Part shown: positions 1 to 14,938 of the stretch, piece by piece | How the letters are laid out: every line of letters begins with the position of its first letter | How positions within the stretch are numbered: position 1 is the stretch's first letter | From: Azolla caroliniana | Taxonomy: Eukaryota; Plantae; Polypodiophyta | Reading direction: 5' to 3' | NCBI GenBank assembly: GCA_043228905.1 | Contig: JBHGNT010000015.1 | Span: 1,488,001-1,552,000 of the forward strand | DNA: 64,000 nucleotides | Position numbers and translations under genes: made by a program | The notes under the pieces: model-generated | Databases searched by the model: none | Seen by the model: the letters and a program-made list of their open reading frames with translations, nothing else | What the model was told of the DNA's origin: nothing

Positions 1-813
1 AGGTTTCGGTCAAGAGGGGAAGAGATAGGGTTACACTCTGTCATCCCAAACTTGAAAAGCAAATTGAGGATATAGTGTCGTTGGGAGATCATGATGCCAT
101 ATGGAGTCCGAATTACTTCTATCCCTAAAAAGTAATGAAGCTCCCTTATATCTTTCATTTCGAATTGGCCAGATAGAAGCTTCTTGATATGATTGATATC
201 TACTATGTGCTCTCCTCCAATGACCAAGTCGTCCACATCTATTATGATAAACAATTGTCCTCTGGAGTCGCTCCGGAAGAACAGGGAATTGTCGGACTTG
301 GACATTCTGAAGCCAATTTGGTGAAGATACTAAGTTATCTTTGAACGCCATGCTTTAGGTGCTTGCTTGAGGCCGTGGAGAGGCTTTTTAATTCGGCATA
401 CGGCAATCGGATGCATAATCGACTTGAAGTCAGGAGGTTGTACCATCTATACCTCCTCATCTAATTTGCCTAGAAGAAAGATGTTCTTTACGTCCATTTG
501 GTGGAGGTGCCACCCTTTTTCTTTTACAAGCGCGATCACAGTTTGGATGGCAGTCATCTTTGCCATTGGGCAAAGGTCTATTCACAATTGACCCCGTGTG
601 TTTGCGCATACCCTTTTGGCACTAGTCGGGCCTTATACCGATTGACGGTGTCGTCGGTGTTGTGTTTCACCTTGTATATCTACAAGCATCCAATTGTTTT
701 ATGGTAGGGTGAAGAGGGGACAAGATCCCATGTCTCGTTCTTGGAGAGTGCTTGCATCCCCTCATTCTTCAATTCGACCCATCATGGGTCCTTAGCGGCT
801 TCGGAAAAGTTTT

Positions 814-1821
814 CCGGTTCTTTAACTAACGCCACCTTCATCATAAAGGCATAATGATATGCTATGTAGTCATTGTAGCCGAACTGGCTTACTACATTCT
901 TTTCACAGGTGGAGCGTCGGAGTTTCTCATTTGCTATTGTGACTACTTTCTTGGCTCCGGGTGTCTTCATGATAGGTAACACCTAGTCCACATGTCGCGT
1001 TGTTACGCGCGTGCGTGGAGAAACGAGGCGGGACCACCGGGGTCTTGAACCGAAGAGCAGGTGATAGGAGGGGGGAAAGAGAAAGAGAAAGACGACCGGT
1101 AACGTACGAGCAAAGAAACACAGGGACACGGCCCGTCAACGTAGAAAACACGAATGGACACAGAGACGGAGAGACACGAATGTTTGTATATTAACAAATG
1201 ACACAAAACAACAGAGCACACGAGCGGTTACAACCGACCAAGCCGGCGAACAAATGTTGATGCCTGTTCGTCTGCGCACGAAAGGGGATAGGATGGAGGT
1301 GCTGCCGGAAGCACACGGGCGTTCCTCGAAGCAGCGCGAGCCTCCCTAAATCCTGCAGAGAAGAGCGATGGAGAATGAACAGAGGAGAAGCGTTCGGTTA
1401 CGGTTCGACAGCACTTCGTCCTCCTCAATGCGCGATCCCCTTCTCCCCTGCGTCTCCCTCTTCTTTATAGCGTCCAGAAGGGAGCCGTCTCCCTCATTTA
1501 CTTCCTACCTACCGAATCTAACTACCCAGGATATACCTATGTACCTAATCCCCTATTATATACATTAAGGGTGCGCACGCGCGAAGAGCCGGTTCACGCG
1601 CGCTATGCATCGATTGCGCTAAGGGACGGTTTTCTTCACGTCACCGGTTCTTTAACTAACGCCACCTTCATCATAAAGGCATAATGATATGCTATGTAGT
1701 CATTGTAGCCGAACTGGCTTACTACATTCTTTTCACAGGTGGAGCGTCAGAGTTTCTCATTTGCTATTATGACTACTTTCTTGGCTCCGGGTGTCTTCAT
1801 GATAGGTAACACCTAGTCCAC
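814..1821. repeat. 178-bp direct duplication of Copia sequence (814-991 and 1644-1821) flanking the solo LTR
   Basis: CCGGTTCTTTAACTAACG...ACCTAGTCCAC occurs twice with only 2 substitutions seen. Confidence 0.95.
993..1643 (-). mobile_element. Solo LTR (651 bp, unrelated family) inserted in the Copia
   Basis: Starts TGTCGCG and ends CACGTCA (imperfect inverted termini, TG..CA). GC-rich and non-coding. TATA-like CTATAAAG on the minus strand near 1463-1470. Flanked by a direct duplication at 814-991 and 1644-1821. Confidence 0.7.
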
Positions 1822-4368
1822 CATACTCACTGTTGAGTGAGTGTGTCGATTCGTTTCCATCTGAGTCTTCTAATTCATTTTGGCCTTCCCTTTGTCCATC
1901 TTTGGACTCGGCCAAGATGTGCTTCGGTCGCTTGGAGGCTCTTGTGGCCCACTGAGTGTAGTTGTAATCGGGCTATGCTCTGTTATATGCGATGGTTGAT
2001 CGTTGTCTTCGATCTCTTGGTTAGCCAAGTTTCGGTCAATTGGGATTGGAGTCAGAGTCGTCTCTGGTTCGTGCCAGGATGTCGACTCATCGAAAACAAC
2101 GTCACGACTCACTCGAACTCTTTGGGTAGATGGATTATAGCACTTGTACCCCTTTTGTTTAAGTGAGTACCATATGAGGATACATTTCTCTGACTTGGGA
2201 TCGAGCTTCTGTCGCTTCTTGTCAGAACCAAATATCCTGTCGTGGGATAAATCCGGCTTCTTCCCGAAAAAACTCTCGTGGGGTGTGATATCGTGCACTC
2301 CCAATGTTGTGCACCGATTCATGAGGTAGACGACTATGTTATTCGCTTCAGTCCAGTACGACTTTGGCAAGTTCTTTTTGTTCATCATTGTCCTTGCTAC
2401 CTCTAATAAGTGTCGATTATTTCGTTTGGCTACTCCTCTTTGTTGAGGTGTGTCCGTCGAATTCTTTCTTTTTGGAGATAGGCTATAAATTTGTCCGAGA
2501 AGTATTCCTTTCCTCCGTTCAACCAAAGGCATCGAACATGTCGATCGGTTGCCTTTTCAACTTTGTTTTTAAATTTCTGGAAGTGTGAGAACACTTCACT
2601 CTTTTGTCACATAGGATAAATCCAAGTGAGCCAGAAGAAGTTGTCGATGAACGTGACGTAGTATCGACATCCACCAATTGTGGCCATTTGTGCCGGTCCT
2701 ACGCGTCGGAGTGGATTACGTCCAACGAGCCTTTGCTCACGTTCCTCACATTCGAGAACAATTGTCGATGTTGTTTCCCGAATTGGCAAGCGTCACATAC
2801 ACCTACAATCTCCTTCTCAGTAAAGGTCGGGAGTCCAATGACAACTCCTTTTGACTGCATTCCTTTGAGCTTCCGAAGATTGATGTGGCTGATCCTTTTA
2901 TGCCATAGTTCTATGTCGGTGTCGTCTTTGTGGCCCTTGGCAAACATTGCCAAACTTCATCTCGTGTGAATCGAGAATGAACATTTGGCCTTCTCTTCGT
3001 CCTCAAACGATAATTCAGCCTTACTTTTCAAAGTAGCAACCTCCATGATTGAACCGGACTTGCATGCATTGCTCCACGATATGGCCGATCGAGACCAAAT
3101 TCTTCGTTATTGTTGGGACATGCAAAACATTCTTGATGTAGGTCTAGTTGCCCTCTTTGCCGAATGGGACATTGTCGATACACTGAATGGGGTGAATTGT
3201 GTCATCCCCTGTTTCCACATAACCTGGTGGTTCGGTCTCTCTTAGGTCTTGAAACCATTCTCAGTGAGACGGCATATGGTTTGAGGCACCCAAGTCGACA
3301 AACCATACATCTTCTGTGTTGGACGTACTAGTTGGGCTGGAAGCCGTCATAGAGTTCGCTCTATGCCACATCATGAACGTTCTGCCACGATCGTCGTAGT
3401 TGGAATTTGAGGCGAAATTGGTAAGTTGTCGGCTTGTGAATGCCAACTCACCTTTATTCTTTCGACACTCTACCTCATATTGGCCAAATTTGCCACAATA
3501 TGCACACTGAACAGAGTTGTTTTGTCGGCTTGGTCCGACTTGAATGCTCCCCCTTCTACCAGACGCTCCTCGTGTGTTAGAGACATCTTGCTAGTAGTAG
3601 AAGTTGTGCTCATGGGATTGCCCTTGGTTATGTTTGCCTTGGCTAAATCGGCCTCTTCTTCCACAGTTGTGTCCCCTCCCTCCATCCGAGTTCGAATAGA
3701 GCACGAGTCCTTCTTGTACGTTGCCCTCGTTCGAACGTTATTTTCTTCGACTAGTAGCATCAACTAGAGATCTAAGAAGGAAGGAGAATTCTCCCTTGCG
3801 AGGACGACCGACCTTATTGCGCCAAACCGAGGTGCTAGGCCACCGAGGCATATTTGCACCATTTCATTGTTATCAATGTTGACATTGATTGACCCAAGGG
3901 AGTCACATCTCCTTGATATTCAAGGTGTAGTTGCCAATTGACATATCCCTCTGTTGGATATTTTGTTCAACTCTTGGCAAAGTTGAAGTTTTTATGCGGT
4001 TGTGTTGGCCCCAAAGATCTTTTTGAGGTTCCCCCATGCCTCCTTCTACATTTTGGCCTATCGGATGTAGCTGAGCATGTGATCATGAACACATGATGCA
4101 AGGCAATACAACAAACGGCTTGACGCTTGTTCCCATGTTGAGTAGTCGACATGTGTTGGGTTGGGTTGCGTTTCTTGTGTTCCCTCAATATGACTCCAAT
4201 AACCTTGGCCGACAAGATATTGGTGCATCTTGTACTCCCAAGATGCAAAGTTGTTTCTGTCCAACTTTTCATTAGGGAGAGAGCTACCCATGTGAGTGTT
4301 CATGATGGTCGACTTGTGATTTCTTCTTCTCTGTGATACAAATTGTGCAAGGTTGTTGCTACCAATCA

Positions 4369-4379
4369 CTCTAATACCA
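4369..4379 (-). other. Primer-binding site (tRNA-iMet type) of the left Copia
   Basis: Minus strand reads LTR end ..TTTACA followed by TGGTATTAGAG, one mismatch from the canonical TGGTATCAGAG. Confidence 0.85.
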
Positions 4380-4824
<445 letters not shown>

Positions 4825-4899
4825 AGTCACAATCACAGATATATGTATATATATATCTAAAAACAAACGTTCTATTACATATGAGAGTAGTTCACAATG

Positions 4900-6700
4900 G
4901 TAGTCCCTCATGCGCTCACAATTTAGAGCTTAGATGGGATTTGGATTTGTCAACTACAAACTTAGTGAGGAAAGATAATAATCACAAGCCCATGTGTACG
5001 AGATTGAGACAGTGGATTATGTTCTCTATTTGGTCTTAGTGTCACATTAAATGTGCAAGTCAGTTGATAATAGTGGGGATATTCCCTTTCTCTTAACGGA
5101 CTTGTCATTTAATATGATCGAACTTCCTAGATACAAGCTAGTGCTAGGTCGTACTTATCTTAAAGTCAATGACACATACTTCAGGACTAAGTACATCTTA
5201 ACTTGCCTGCATAATATTCCGCCAACATGCCATTATGTATTCTGCCTCTATCGAAGATAGTGCCACTATTTGTTGCTTTTTACTACTCCATGAAACAACT
5301 CCAGAACCCATTGAAAGGCAATAACCAAAAATTGATACTTTGAAATCACTATCTCCAACCTAGTCAAAGTCACAATACCCACTAAGTTTGTGAACTATCA
5401 TCGTGTAGAAGATTCCATAATTTGAAGCACCCACAATGTACTTTAATGCACGTAGGGAAGCTTTCCAATGAGTCTCCTTCAACCTGTTGCTTAATTGACT
5501 CACCATACTAGCTACAAAACATCTGGCCTAGTGTTGTGTAGGAAAATTAAACTCCATACAAGCTGCATTTACTTCCTTATGTCAACCATCGGTGAAGGGT
5601 CTTCTTGGGACATCTTCCAATTTTACACCATTGGAGTCGACTTTGACTTGTTGTCCAACATCCCAAAGGTCTTCAAAATCTTTGTTGCATACTTTCTTTA
5701 TGACATGAAGATATCAACCAAGGTTTGCCAAACCATGAAGGGTGCGGTGAAGTAATAGATCATCCACATAATTGATGATGATGACTTGTTTCCAGTCCTT
5801 CATTTTGACATACACACTTGCATTAGAAGCACATTGCTTACAATCGAATGATTGTAAGAAATTGTCTATCCTCTTGTTCCAAGTTCTTGGTTCTTACTTT
5901 AGACCATAAAATACCTTCTTTAATTTGCATACTTTGTTTTCTAAATTAGACATCTCAAACCCTTGTGGTTGTGTCACATAGAACTCCTCCTTGAGATGCC
6001 CATTCAAAAATGTTGATGTGACATCCATATGATAATTTGGCCATCCTCTTGACGCAACCAAAGCTCTGACCATTTGAATGGTTGTCATGCAAGTTGTTCA
6101 TGCAAGTTGTTGGGCAAAGGTTTCTTACACATTGAAGCCTTCAATTTGGTACTAGTTTGGCCTTGAACTTCTCCAAAGAACCATTATCTTTAAACTTTAC
6201 TTTCCACACCCACTTGGTGCCTATTACCTTCTTCTTTGTTGGTCTCTCTACCAAGTTCACCCATGTGTCTTATTCATGATGTTGTCATATTTTGCTACTA
6301 TCACCTCTTTCCACTTCGGATCGGACATGACTTCCTCCACTGAGGTCGGCTTGCTCACTAACCCTATGATATCCACCATCAAAGCCATGTTGACAATGTG
6401 GTCAAAGGTTCTCCCTTGATCCTCTATTATTCTTGATCGTCGTAATCCATCGGTTGGAATGTCAAGGAACTCAACTTTAGGAATGCGATCATCGAAGAGT
6501 TTTTGAACCCACTCAGGTAATTTCTTTACATGTGGCACTAGAACAGGGTGAACCAACGAGACGTTGCCATCAGATGATTCAATTTCCTTTCCTAGATAGT
6601 GGGTTTTCATTGGTTGGAATAGTACTTCTTCAACTAATGTCACGATGCCTTTTATCAATGTCGCTTTCCATGATTCTAGTTTTCAAACTTATCTTAGTAG
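4900..6700 (-). mobile_element. Second degenerate Ty1/Copia pol fragment (RT/RNase H)
   Basis: ORF 5894-6088 HMDVTSTFLNGHLKEEFYVTQPQGF..VCKLKKVFYGLK is Copia RT. ORF 6257-6658 PTSVEEVMSDPKWKEVI is the RT entry region. Boundaries are approximate. Confidence 0.8.
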
Positions 6701-6974
6701 GAGGAGAAGAAGATTAAGAGAAGTAGCCCATTATCCACCTTCACACTCAAAACCTAGAAACCCTAAAATGAAGCAGGAAAACCCTAAAAGAGGTAGAGAA
6801 AAATACCTAAACCCAAAATCCCAAAAGGAGGAAGATGTAGCAGAAGATGTGCCCAAGTTCTCCCAAACAAACTCGAATGCCAAAAATGATTGAACCCAAA
6901 CATAAGCCCACCCATTATTTATCTTCCTCATTTATTTATTTATGATAAATTAGCCTTCCCATTCAGAGCTAAAG

Positions 6975-8317
6975 TTATGTCCATAACATCATGGCAATAG
7001 ATCTTCCACCACCTAAGGGCTTTGGTGTTATTTTGACAGTGATTGATCAATGTACAACGATGACACACTTCTCACCATGTAATAAAAGCTTTAGTAGTGA
7101 AGAAACAACTCAACTTGTTAGCATCATGGTTTTCGAAATTAGATTATTAGTGACTATGGCCACAATTTATCTCTAAATTATGGAAACATTTACTCTCACT
7201 ACTCAACATTTCTCCTTCTCATCAAACTATCATACGTAGACAGATGGTCAGACCAAGCACATGAATCAAACATTGGAGCAATATCTTTGATGTTTTATTA
7301 GTTATCAATTAGATTATTGGAATAACATTCCATAATTTGCTAAATTTGCATACAATAATTTTGTACATTACTCCATTAAGCTTGTGTCATTCCTCATACG
7401 TATTGGTCAATGGTCATCCTCTTCAATGGACATGGTTGGGGATCCCTAGAGTTCCCACTAATGCTAATGCAAAGGAGCTACCAACTCATCTACAAAATGC
7501 CCAAGCAACACAAAAAACAATTGTGAAGTGTCATCACCTTTAACATGTATTTCAAGTTGGTGATTGCATATAATTATTACAATGTCCCATCATGTGATGC
7601 CATCCCGCTTTCAAATTGACTTGCCAATGGACCTTAAGTATAAAGTTGCAACTATAGTTGAGTTTAAGATAATGCACAATAAAGTATATTATCTAGCGGA
7701 TTGTTGGGATGCACATACGTGACCAAACTTGGGGACCTACGAAGAACCTCACCAATGTTTAAGCTCTTTTGAAAGAATTTCATTGTCATTATCCAAACAA
7801 ACTTGGTCATTCATCTACAGTGACTCATAACACTCGTTCTAGAAAGGGGATATAGTGTCATGATTATCATTGTCACTTGGAGACTCAAATACATAACCTT
7901 ATGGAACATGCAACAAGTTCAACCCACTAAGCTATTTATATTTTAGACCATTATAATAATTGTATCCCTATTTCATGTATATATATTGATTGATGAGAAG
8001 ACATGTTCTTGCATGCCTTCAAAGCTCACACATATGCGCCAAGTGTCCTTCATGCATTTGGTCACCCATGTGCATTGAGTGTCCTTTATGCATTTCAAAT
8101 TGAAACCTATTTAAAGAGATTCTCGATCAAGATGAAACATTTTGGCCCAACACCATACTTTAAACTCCCAAGTTCTCTATAGCTATAATTTCCTTTGTAC
8201 TCTCAATAAAGTTACTCTACCTACATTACCTTGTAAGTTCTCCATCTATTCAACTCCCTTAGTCTACTTCATTTCTTCTTCATTATCTCTTTGTTGCTCT
8301 ATTTATCTCCTTTGACA
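6975..8317 (+). mobile_element. Truncated chromoviral Ty3/Gypsy remnant: integrase, chromodomain, PPT and 3' LTR (7856-8317)
   Basis: ORF 6991 DLPPPKGFGVILTVIDQCTTMTHFSPCNK is Tf2/Tcn1-like integrase. Decayed chromodomain codons at ~7636-7800. PPT AGAAAGGGGA at 7841-7850. LTR TGTCA...TGACA with TATTTAA and AATAAA. Confidence 0.7.
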
Positions 8318-11300
8318 TTAGAGTGGCTTAAATATGGTACATTGTCTATCAATATTGTCCCATTTAGTTTTAATTTTTTATTTGTTTGGTTCTCTAACTA
8401 ACGATCCCTATAAAATAATCTTAGGGCCTAATTAAATATGTCTACCTTTCATATTAGTTTACGTTGTGGCCTTTCAATTGTTACACATACATTGAAAGAA
8501 CATCACTTATGAAGAGAGAGACATGGACAAAAAGGAGGGAAATTGTGCAAAAGCTTGACAAAGAAATGCACAATGAACGTAGAGAAAAGAAGATACACTT
8601 CAAACTCTATTAAGTGAACAAGAACAAGAATCAAAAGTACATGAACTAGACAATATATGACACTTTGTATCCATCAATGAGGTGAGACATAAAATCAAAG
8701 GGAAAAGAGACAAGGTAAGACAAGACAACATGTAGATTCAAAAAAAAACTTCTAGTGTTGCATAGGATTATGTACAAGCTTGCAAAAAAGTAAAGAAGCC
8801 ATACTCGTGCTATTGTGTTTTGATACAATTTATAAATTTTACCACTTGGTAGCGTTAATCCAGCGACTTTCAAAATCTTTTCTAACGTTATTGCCAACTC
8901 GTTTCGAGATGTTGACTACAAATATAGGCTCTGTTCATAGTTCCCTATAATCTATATAGGCTTGCATCACATTGTAAGAGAGATACCTAGATTGAATGTG
9001 TTGGCAACACAATTGGCAAAAAAAATATCCACAACTCATTTGGATTTTAAGCCAATGGTTGTATCTGTCACAAACTTGTAGAGTATATCCACGTACAATA
9101 TCACATCTCAAGGAAATGGTTATGACACACTTGAATATTCCGTAATAGGTTGTCAATGTGCCATCACGTCTCATCCAACAAAATATTAAAACACTATAGA
9201 GCTCCATTGCCAAAAATCTAGAGCTTTATGAAATCAATTCCAATTTTGATGGAGGAAGAGAGATGTTATATGCTCTATTAATAGTATATAAACTTCTTCA
9301 TTTATTCAATTTTCTTGCTTTGTTTGACCATATTTCTGACACATGAAAAAGATTGATGATGGTGAATTTGTCCTTTGCACGATGAAAAGAACTTGGTGCT
9401 ACATGATATATTTGGCATTCAAGAAATGTAAACTTTACACCAAACGCGGACTTATAGCGAAGAAGACATTAAATTATAATTCGTCACACACGTTCTTTCT
9501 TGTTAATTGGTGGTGCTCATGTACATATCATTCATCTTGTTTGTTGTTCTCCTCTTTAAATTCATTCAAATGGATATGCATTGGATCCGCCAGGATTTAA
9601 CACCTCAACTACTACTTAATACTCACCATTAGCACAAAACAATGCAATCTAAATTAGATTTGTCATCGAGATGAAGATTACACTCGAAATAGAAAATAGA
9701 ACTCTCCCATGAAAAATATTTGCACTTGTTTATCTATCAACCGACATATCCAAACTACGTGTAGAAAGGAAAATGTAAAAAACACAAACATCCCTCACAT
9801 TCTCATTAATATCAAGATACACCCTCGGATCAAATGTGACCCACATAAAGTTAGTTTATGCTTTGATTCAATGCCTTCTTGGTGTAGTCACCATTATGTT
9901 TTGTAATTACTTCTTTCGTGTTGAAAAATAGAAATTTCTAATTTTCTTGACCTTTTTCTTGTTTGGATAAATACGAGTTTCTAATCATTTCAATCATCTA
10001 CGGATTTGTTCCTTCTCCTCTTTTTAAAAGGAATTCTTTTATTTGTTAAATATTCCCTTCAATTCTTTAGGTATTACATATCTTTTCAGGTTCGAATAAC
10101 ATTTGTAGATATCTACCAAGATGGAATAATCATATATTGTAGCTTGACCATGTCGCAATGAGCATCACATCCCGTCTAATATATCTAAGCATTGTAATTT
10201 GTGACCCATCTTAATATATATAAGCTTCATGCCCCATCTTAATATATCTTGTTTCACAAACATTATTGCGTAACGTTATGAAATGGATCTATTCTACAAG
10301 TAGAAACAAAATCTTGTTACGCATTGACTACAGTTGCCATAATTAATGCGCCTTGTGGTGTTTACCAACTATTTCTCTCTCACATGCACAATTATAGGGT
10401 ATAATATCCAGGCTTTCTAATAAAAGTGTATCACGTTTTCAAGGTCTCTAATAAGTGACAGCTTTCAAAATCAATATATGTTCTCAAATTTCGACTAATG
10501 AAGTTCATTGAGTAATACTTTCATACTTTTTTTCTAAAAAATTTCTTGATGTTTTGTACTAAAGTTCACTATTCCCACTAATAGGCTCCTTCACTCCTCT
10601 TGTATAATCTCGTTGTATTGCTTGCTTAGCTATTGTCATTTTTATAGATTCTCCCATATTCCACAACTGGTCTTTGGCATTGTGAATTTCTTGCCTTGTT
10701 TATTGTGGATGGTTTATGTGCTACAAAACGTTTTATCCATACACTTTTCTTCTATGGATAGAATGACTTAGTATCCACAATGTCAAAATCACTACAACAA
10801 TGTTAAATCATTGTAATATGACCATTGACAACCAAACAAACCAAAGGCAACGAAACATTACTTCAACAAACGAATCCAGTATGTTTTGCATGTGCGACAA
10901 GGATATAATATTGACTCGTAATATTGTGATGATCCATCAATTTATCATGTTGCAACAACGGCGACATTATAACCATGTTTTGATTGTTCTAAATTGTCTT
11001 TGAGTGAATGCAATAGTTAACAAGACATTATGTGCAAAACCACAATATGATCATGAAAACGTTACCTTATCCATCCGCAAATTCACTATTGGATAATGAT
11101 TCCATATAGATTCATTGAGCGATTTATTTGATGTTTTGGAAATCAATACAAAAGAATGTGGGATCCCATATACATGAATAATTAAGTTGGAACTACTTGA
11201 GGCATTTCGTGTAACGTAAGCATTTGGATAAATACCAAGGTATGAAAGGTAATTTCATAAACATGATGTTGTGGGGGTAAAGCTTGTGTTTTAGGACATT

Positions 11301-12072
11301 TGGTTGTTGCTTTGATTCTCAATACCCATGGTTTGATGGTGAGTCCATTATAAGAAGTGTTTGTAATGTTAGTTGAAATCATGTAACTACCACCATAACC
11401 CTTAAAAACATGGTTTTACAATATTGCAATTGTTGCATCTCAGTGATGGAAAGATGAAAATAATAAAAGATATAAGGGCAATGTTATGAAACCATGCAAA
11501 CACAAACCATTATTTTTTCATATAACTAGCTTATATTGATTTCCCGATGATCAAAGTCACAAGATCCACATCCAACAAACATGTACTTGAGCTCAAATTT
11601 AGTCTTACTTGTAGAAGAGTAACCAACGTAGCTAAGTTTGGCCCTATCAAAAAAGCACATAGTTGGTTAACATTATGGTTTGTATTCCACATACCATATC
11701 CACTTCGAATATAGAGAAGGGTAATCCAAGTTTGTTGATATATAGTCCTATCAAAAAAACTCTAACACTCATTGATAGAAATAGATTGATACATGTTTAT
11801 TGAGTTACATCGAACCCTTTATGGGTACGGAGAACCCACCAAGTTGGATCCGTAACTAACCAAACATGCATTTTAATGATCTAGACACTAAAATTCACCA
11901 ATAGAAATAGATTGACAAGAGTTTGTTGAGTGTGGAACTATTAACTTTAAATCCTATCCATTATCTATGTCATGTCAAACCTTTTATGGGTGCAAACAAT
12001 CCAACAAGTTGAATCCAGAATGCAATTTAAGGATATAGGATGTAAAGCTCATCACCAAGAGATTTGGACAAA

Positions 12073-12073
<1 letters not shown>

Positions 12074-12124
<51 letters not shown>
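12074..12124. repeat. (CT)n microsatellite (another at ~12399-12435)
   Basis: Pure CT dinucleotide run. Confidence 0.95.
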
Positions 12125-12127
<3 letters not shown>

Positions 12128-12396
12128 AAAATCACACAATTATATTAATTGCATGTAAAAAACCCCTATTACAACTTGTAAGTCAACTTTACATATCTAC
12201 ATAGAGAGATACATATTCATATCATTACAAACCATGAATATGTCTCTCAACATCCCCTAACCTTTCTTATCAAACCAAATGACGAATGTGATGTCCAACT
12301 AACTTACATACTTGTCTCTCTTCATGATTGAATATGCTTGACATCTCCAACAATGAAATTTGCCATAAAAGGAACCCCTTCAATCTCAACAGATAA

Positions 12397-12438
<42 letters not shown>

Positions 12439-14249
12439 GTGGTTTACTGTTTTACACTATAACATCCCATGGACTCAAAAAGCCCCATCTTGTAGATCAA
12501 ATCAATGCCTTGTGGATGTAAAAACGATATCTATCTATCTCAAGAGATAAGACCACACTTTTTTTTTTCTTGTGTGAGAAAGAGGTTACATTTCTTTTAT
12601 GTTCTCGCATAATGCCTCAATATTGCATGCTTTTATCAAGTGGGGTGCAACATAGATTGGTTGGTAAACTAATAAGCTAGAGTATCAATAAGCTAACATT
12701 CCCAACCTACCCAAAATATACATATGGACCCAATTTACCACCATATTCAATGTATACATGATTTTTTGCCCTTAGATCTTAAACATGTCCTTTGATTGTC
12801 TTAAAGCTCAAATCCATGCATAGCTTCAAAGTTGTCAACAAAGTACAAAATCTACCATCATGTTCGATGGATAATTGCCCAATGGAATTACATCTTGAAT
12901 GATATTCTATTTTTATGCCACATTTTAACCCTTTTTTGGCGAGTTCTCCCTACTTGTCCAAATTCTAAGTTCTCCACTGTTACAAAAAATTATAGCCAAA
13001 ATCAATGTACCACTCTTTCTGAGTAGGAAATCATAATTTTTTCTTATGATCTAATTTCAAGTTTCAGGGATTTTCCTTATGACAAAGAGATCCCATTTCC
13101 CTCATGTTTGATAATTCTCATGACACATTGAGGTTCTATGGATGAGATGAGATGCACCATATCAAGAAATGTTAGGAGCAATTTATTTTTTGTGATCAAT
13201 AGAGTTCACTCTCCATATATGAAACAAGCATTGTGAAAAAATGTAACCTTTAAAAAAAATTGTAACCAATGTTCTAGATTTCTCAAACGTGATATCCAAC
13301 TAGAGAGAAGATTAAGCCACCCAAATTGGCCTTAATGAATTAGGAGTGGCAAGTTCTTGATCTACTCATATTGTGCACAAGTACACATTTGGTTTATTAG
13401 CTCGCTCATTTACGTCGCCACCCCATAAAATAAAACTTGATTCTTACTTTTCACATGCAATGCACAAACCATTTTCATCGTCAGACCAAAAAGTCTGTCA
13501 TTTTTTGGAGGGCTTGTGGAGAACAAGTTTACCTCTTATGTTCTCCTAAGTTTACACAAAATGTCTCGATATTAACACATTCTATGAGTTAAAATAGGGA
13601 ACAATCTAGATCCATTATAATGAATACATTGTTCATAGGAAAAATTTACCCTTTTGAGTTTGTTTATTCTCTTGTTCCCCTACAATGGTCAAAATGTGCA
13701 AATTTCTACAAGTGAGGTAGGCTCTACCTACAACTAGGATCAAACCCCGAGAAAGTTTGAATTGGTGAGTTGTAAGCCTGTTCATACAATTGTATAGTAA
13801 GTTTAAATTTTGATAAACCAAAGTCAATGAACATGTCCTCCTCCCCCTCCTTCCACGAGTCAACACGGCCTTAACTGTAACTCGAAGATGGGGCAGGGTG
13901 GGATTCGATTGGTGTGTCCCTACTGCACGACAAGGTTTAAAAAGGGTACGAAGAGTTTGGAAGGGATGTGGGAGAAGTTTTAAATAGGCCGAAATTACGC
14001 AAGCAACATTGATATGTATGGAGATACTAGTAGTGTGTTGGCGACGAGCTTGACTACAGTACCAATGTCTCTCGGGTGCAAAAGTGGGCCGCAAATCCAG
14101 AAAATGGTGGGTGAATGTCTCGTGTGTCAACAGAACTGCAGTCAATATCACTTGGCTATGCTATTGATTGGTTCCGTGGTGTTAGGATGGATGGTCAAGA
14201 AAAGCACAAGGGGAGAGAGAGAGAGAGAGAGAGAAATACTTGCTTTTCA

Positions 14250-14605
14250 CAAGAAGAGGCATTCTAGTTGATTCTTAAATAAAGAATAGAGCTTTAAAAT
14301 TGAAGGAAGAAGGGAGATGGTGCGAATCGAACCAAAGACCTTTAGTAAAGAATAGGGCTTTTAAAAATTGGAAGGAAGGGAGATGGTGAGAATCGAACCA
14401 GAGACATGCTCCATACAAAATGGAGAGGGAGAGAAAGGAAGATATGTACATACATTAACCGTCTTCTAGAAAGAATGGGTGTTGGAAAACAACAAGAAAA
14501 AGACTTGCTTTCACAATAAGAGGCATTCAAGTTGATTCTTGAATAAAGGATTTAAGGGCATTAAAATTTGAAGAAAGAAAGGAGATGGTGAGATTTGAAC
14601 CGGAG
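14250..14605. repeat. Diverged local repeats upstream of the bHLH gene
   Basis: Three copies of ..TAAAGAATAGRGCTTTAAAATTGAAGGAAG..GGAGATGGTG.GAATCGAACC at ~14270, ~14345 and ~14540. Confidence 0.75.
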
Positions 14606-14938
14606 ACCTGTTCAGGCAGGGAGAGAGAGAGAGCACACAAAAGGCCTTCTCTGATATCCACTACACCCAAGTATACTGTTGTGATCAAAGTTTTGAGTAT
14701 AAATTTATTTGTTCTGTATGGAGCTCCATGTCCTGCTCTCCACATACAGATCTCTCCCCTGCAATCCCCCCACGTGTCTGACAGAGCTGAAGTTTCTTCC
14801 AGATATATGTCCTGATTCCTCAGTTCAACCCCCTCAATCTTCCCTTTCTTCTTCATCTTCTCAAGGAGAATTAGGGTTTCTCTGCAGAAGACCCATCACT
14901 CCCCCCCCCCTCTTCTGCGGTTTCTTTTGAAGGCCGCC

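Larger units (their letters stand above)
1..4379 (-). mobile_element. Degenerate Ty1/Copia retrotransposon internal region (gag-PR-INT-RT, frameshifted; runs off the window's left edge)
   Basis: Minus-strand ORF fragments in Copia order: gag KLDRNNFASWEYKMHQYLVGQGYW (4058-4272), protease WFVDLGASNHM (3261-3446), GAG-pre-integrase ELWHKRISH..CDACQFGK (2699-2953), integrase TPQQRGVAKRNNR..KLDPKSEKCILI (1870-2532), RT entry region below ~980. Many stops and frameshifts. Confidence 0.92.

Noticed and set aside
8400-11450. AT-rich 3-kb tract that may be a decayed DNA transposon or Helitron
   Set aside because: I could not read a convincing transposase, Rep or helicase motif or termini; needs a translated search.
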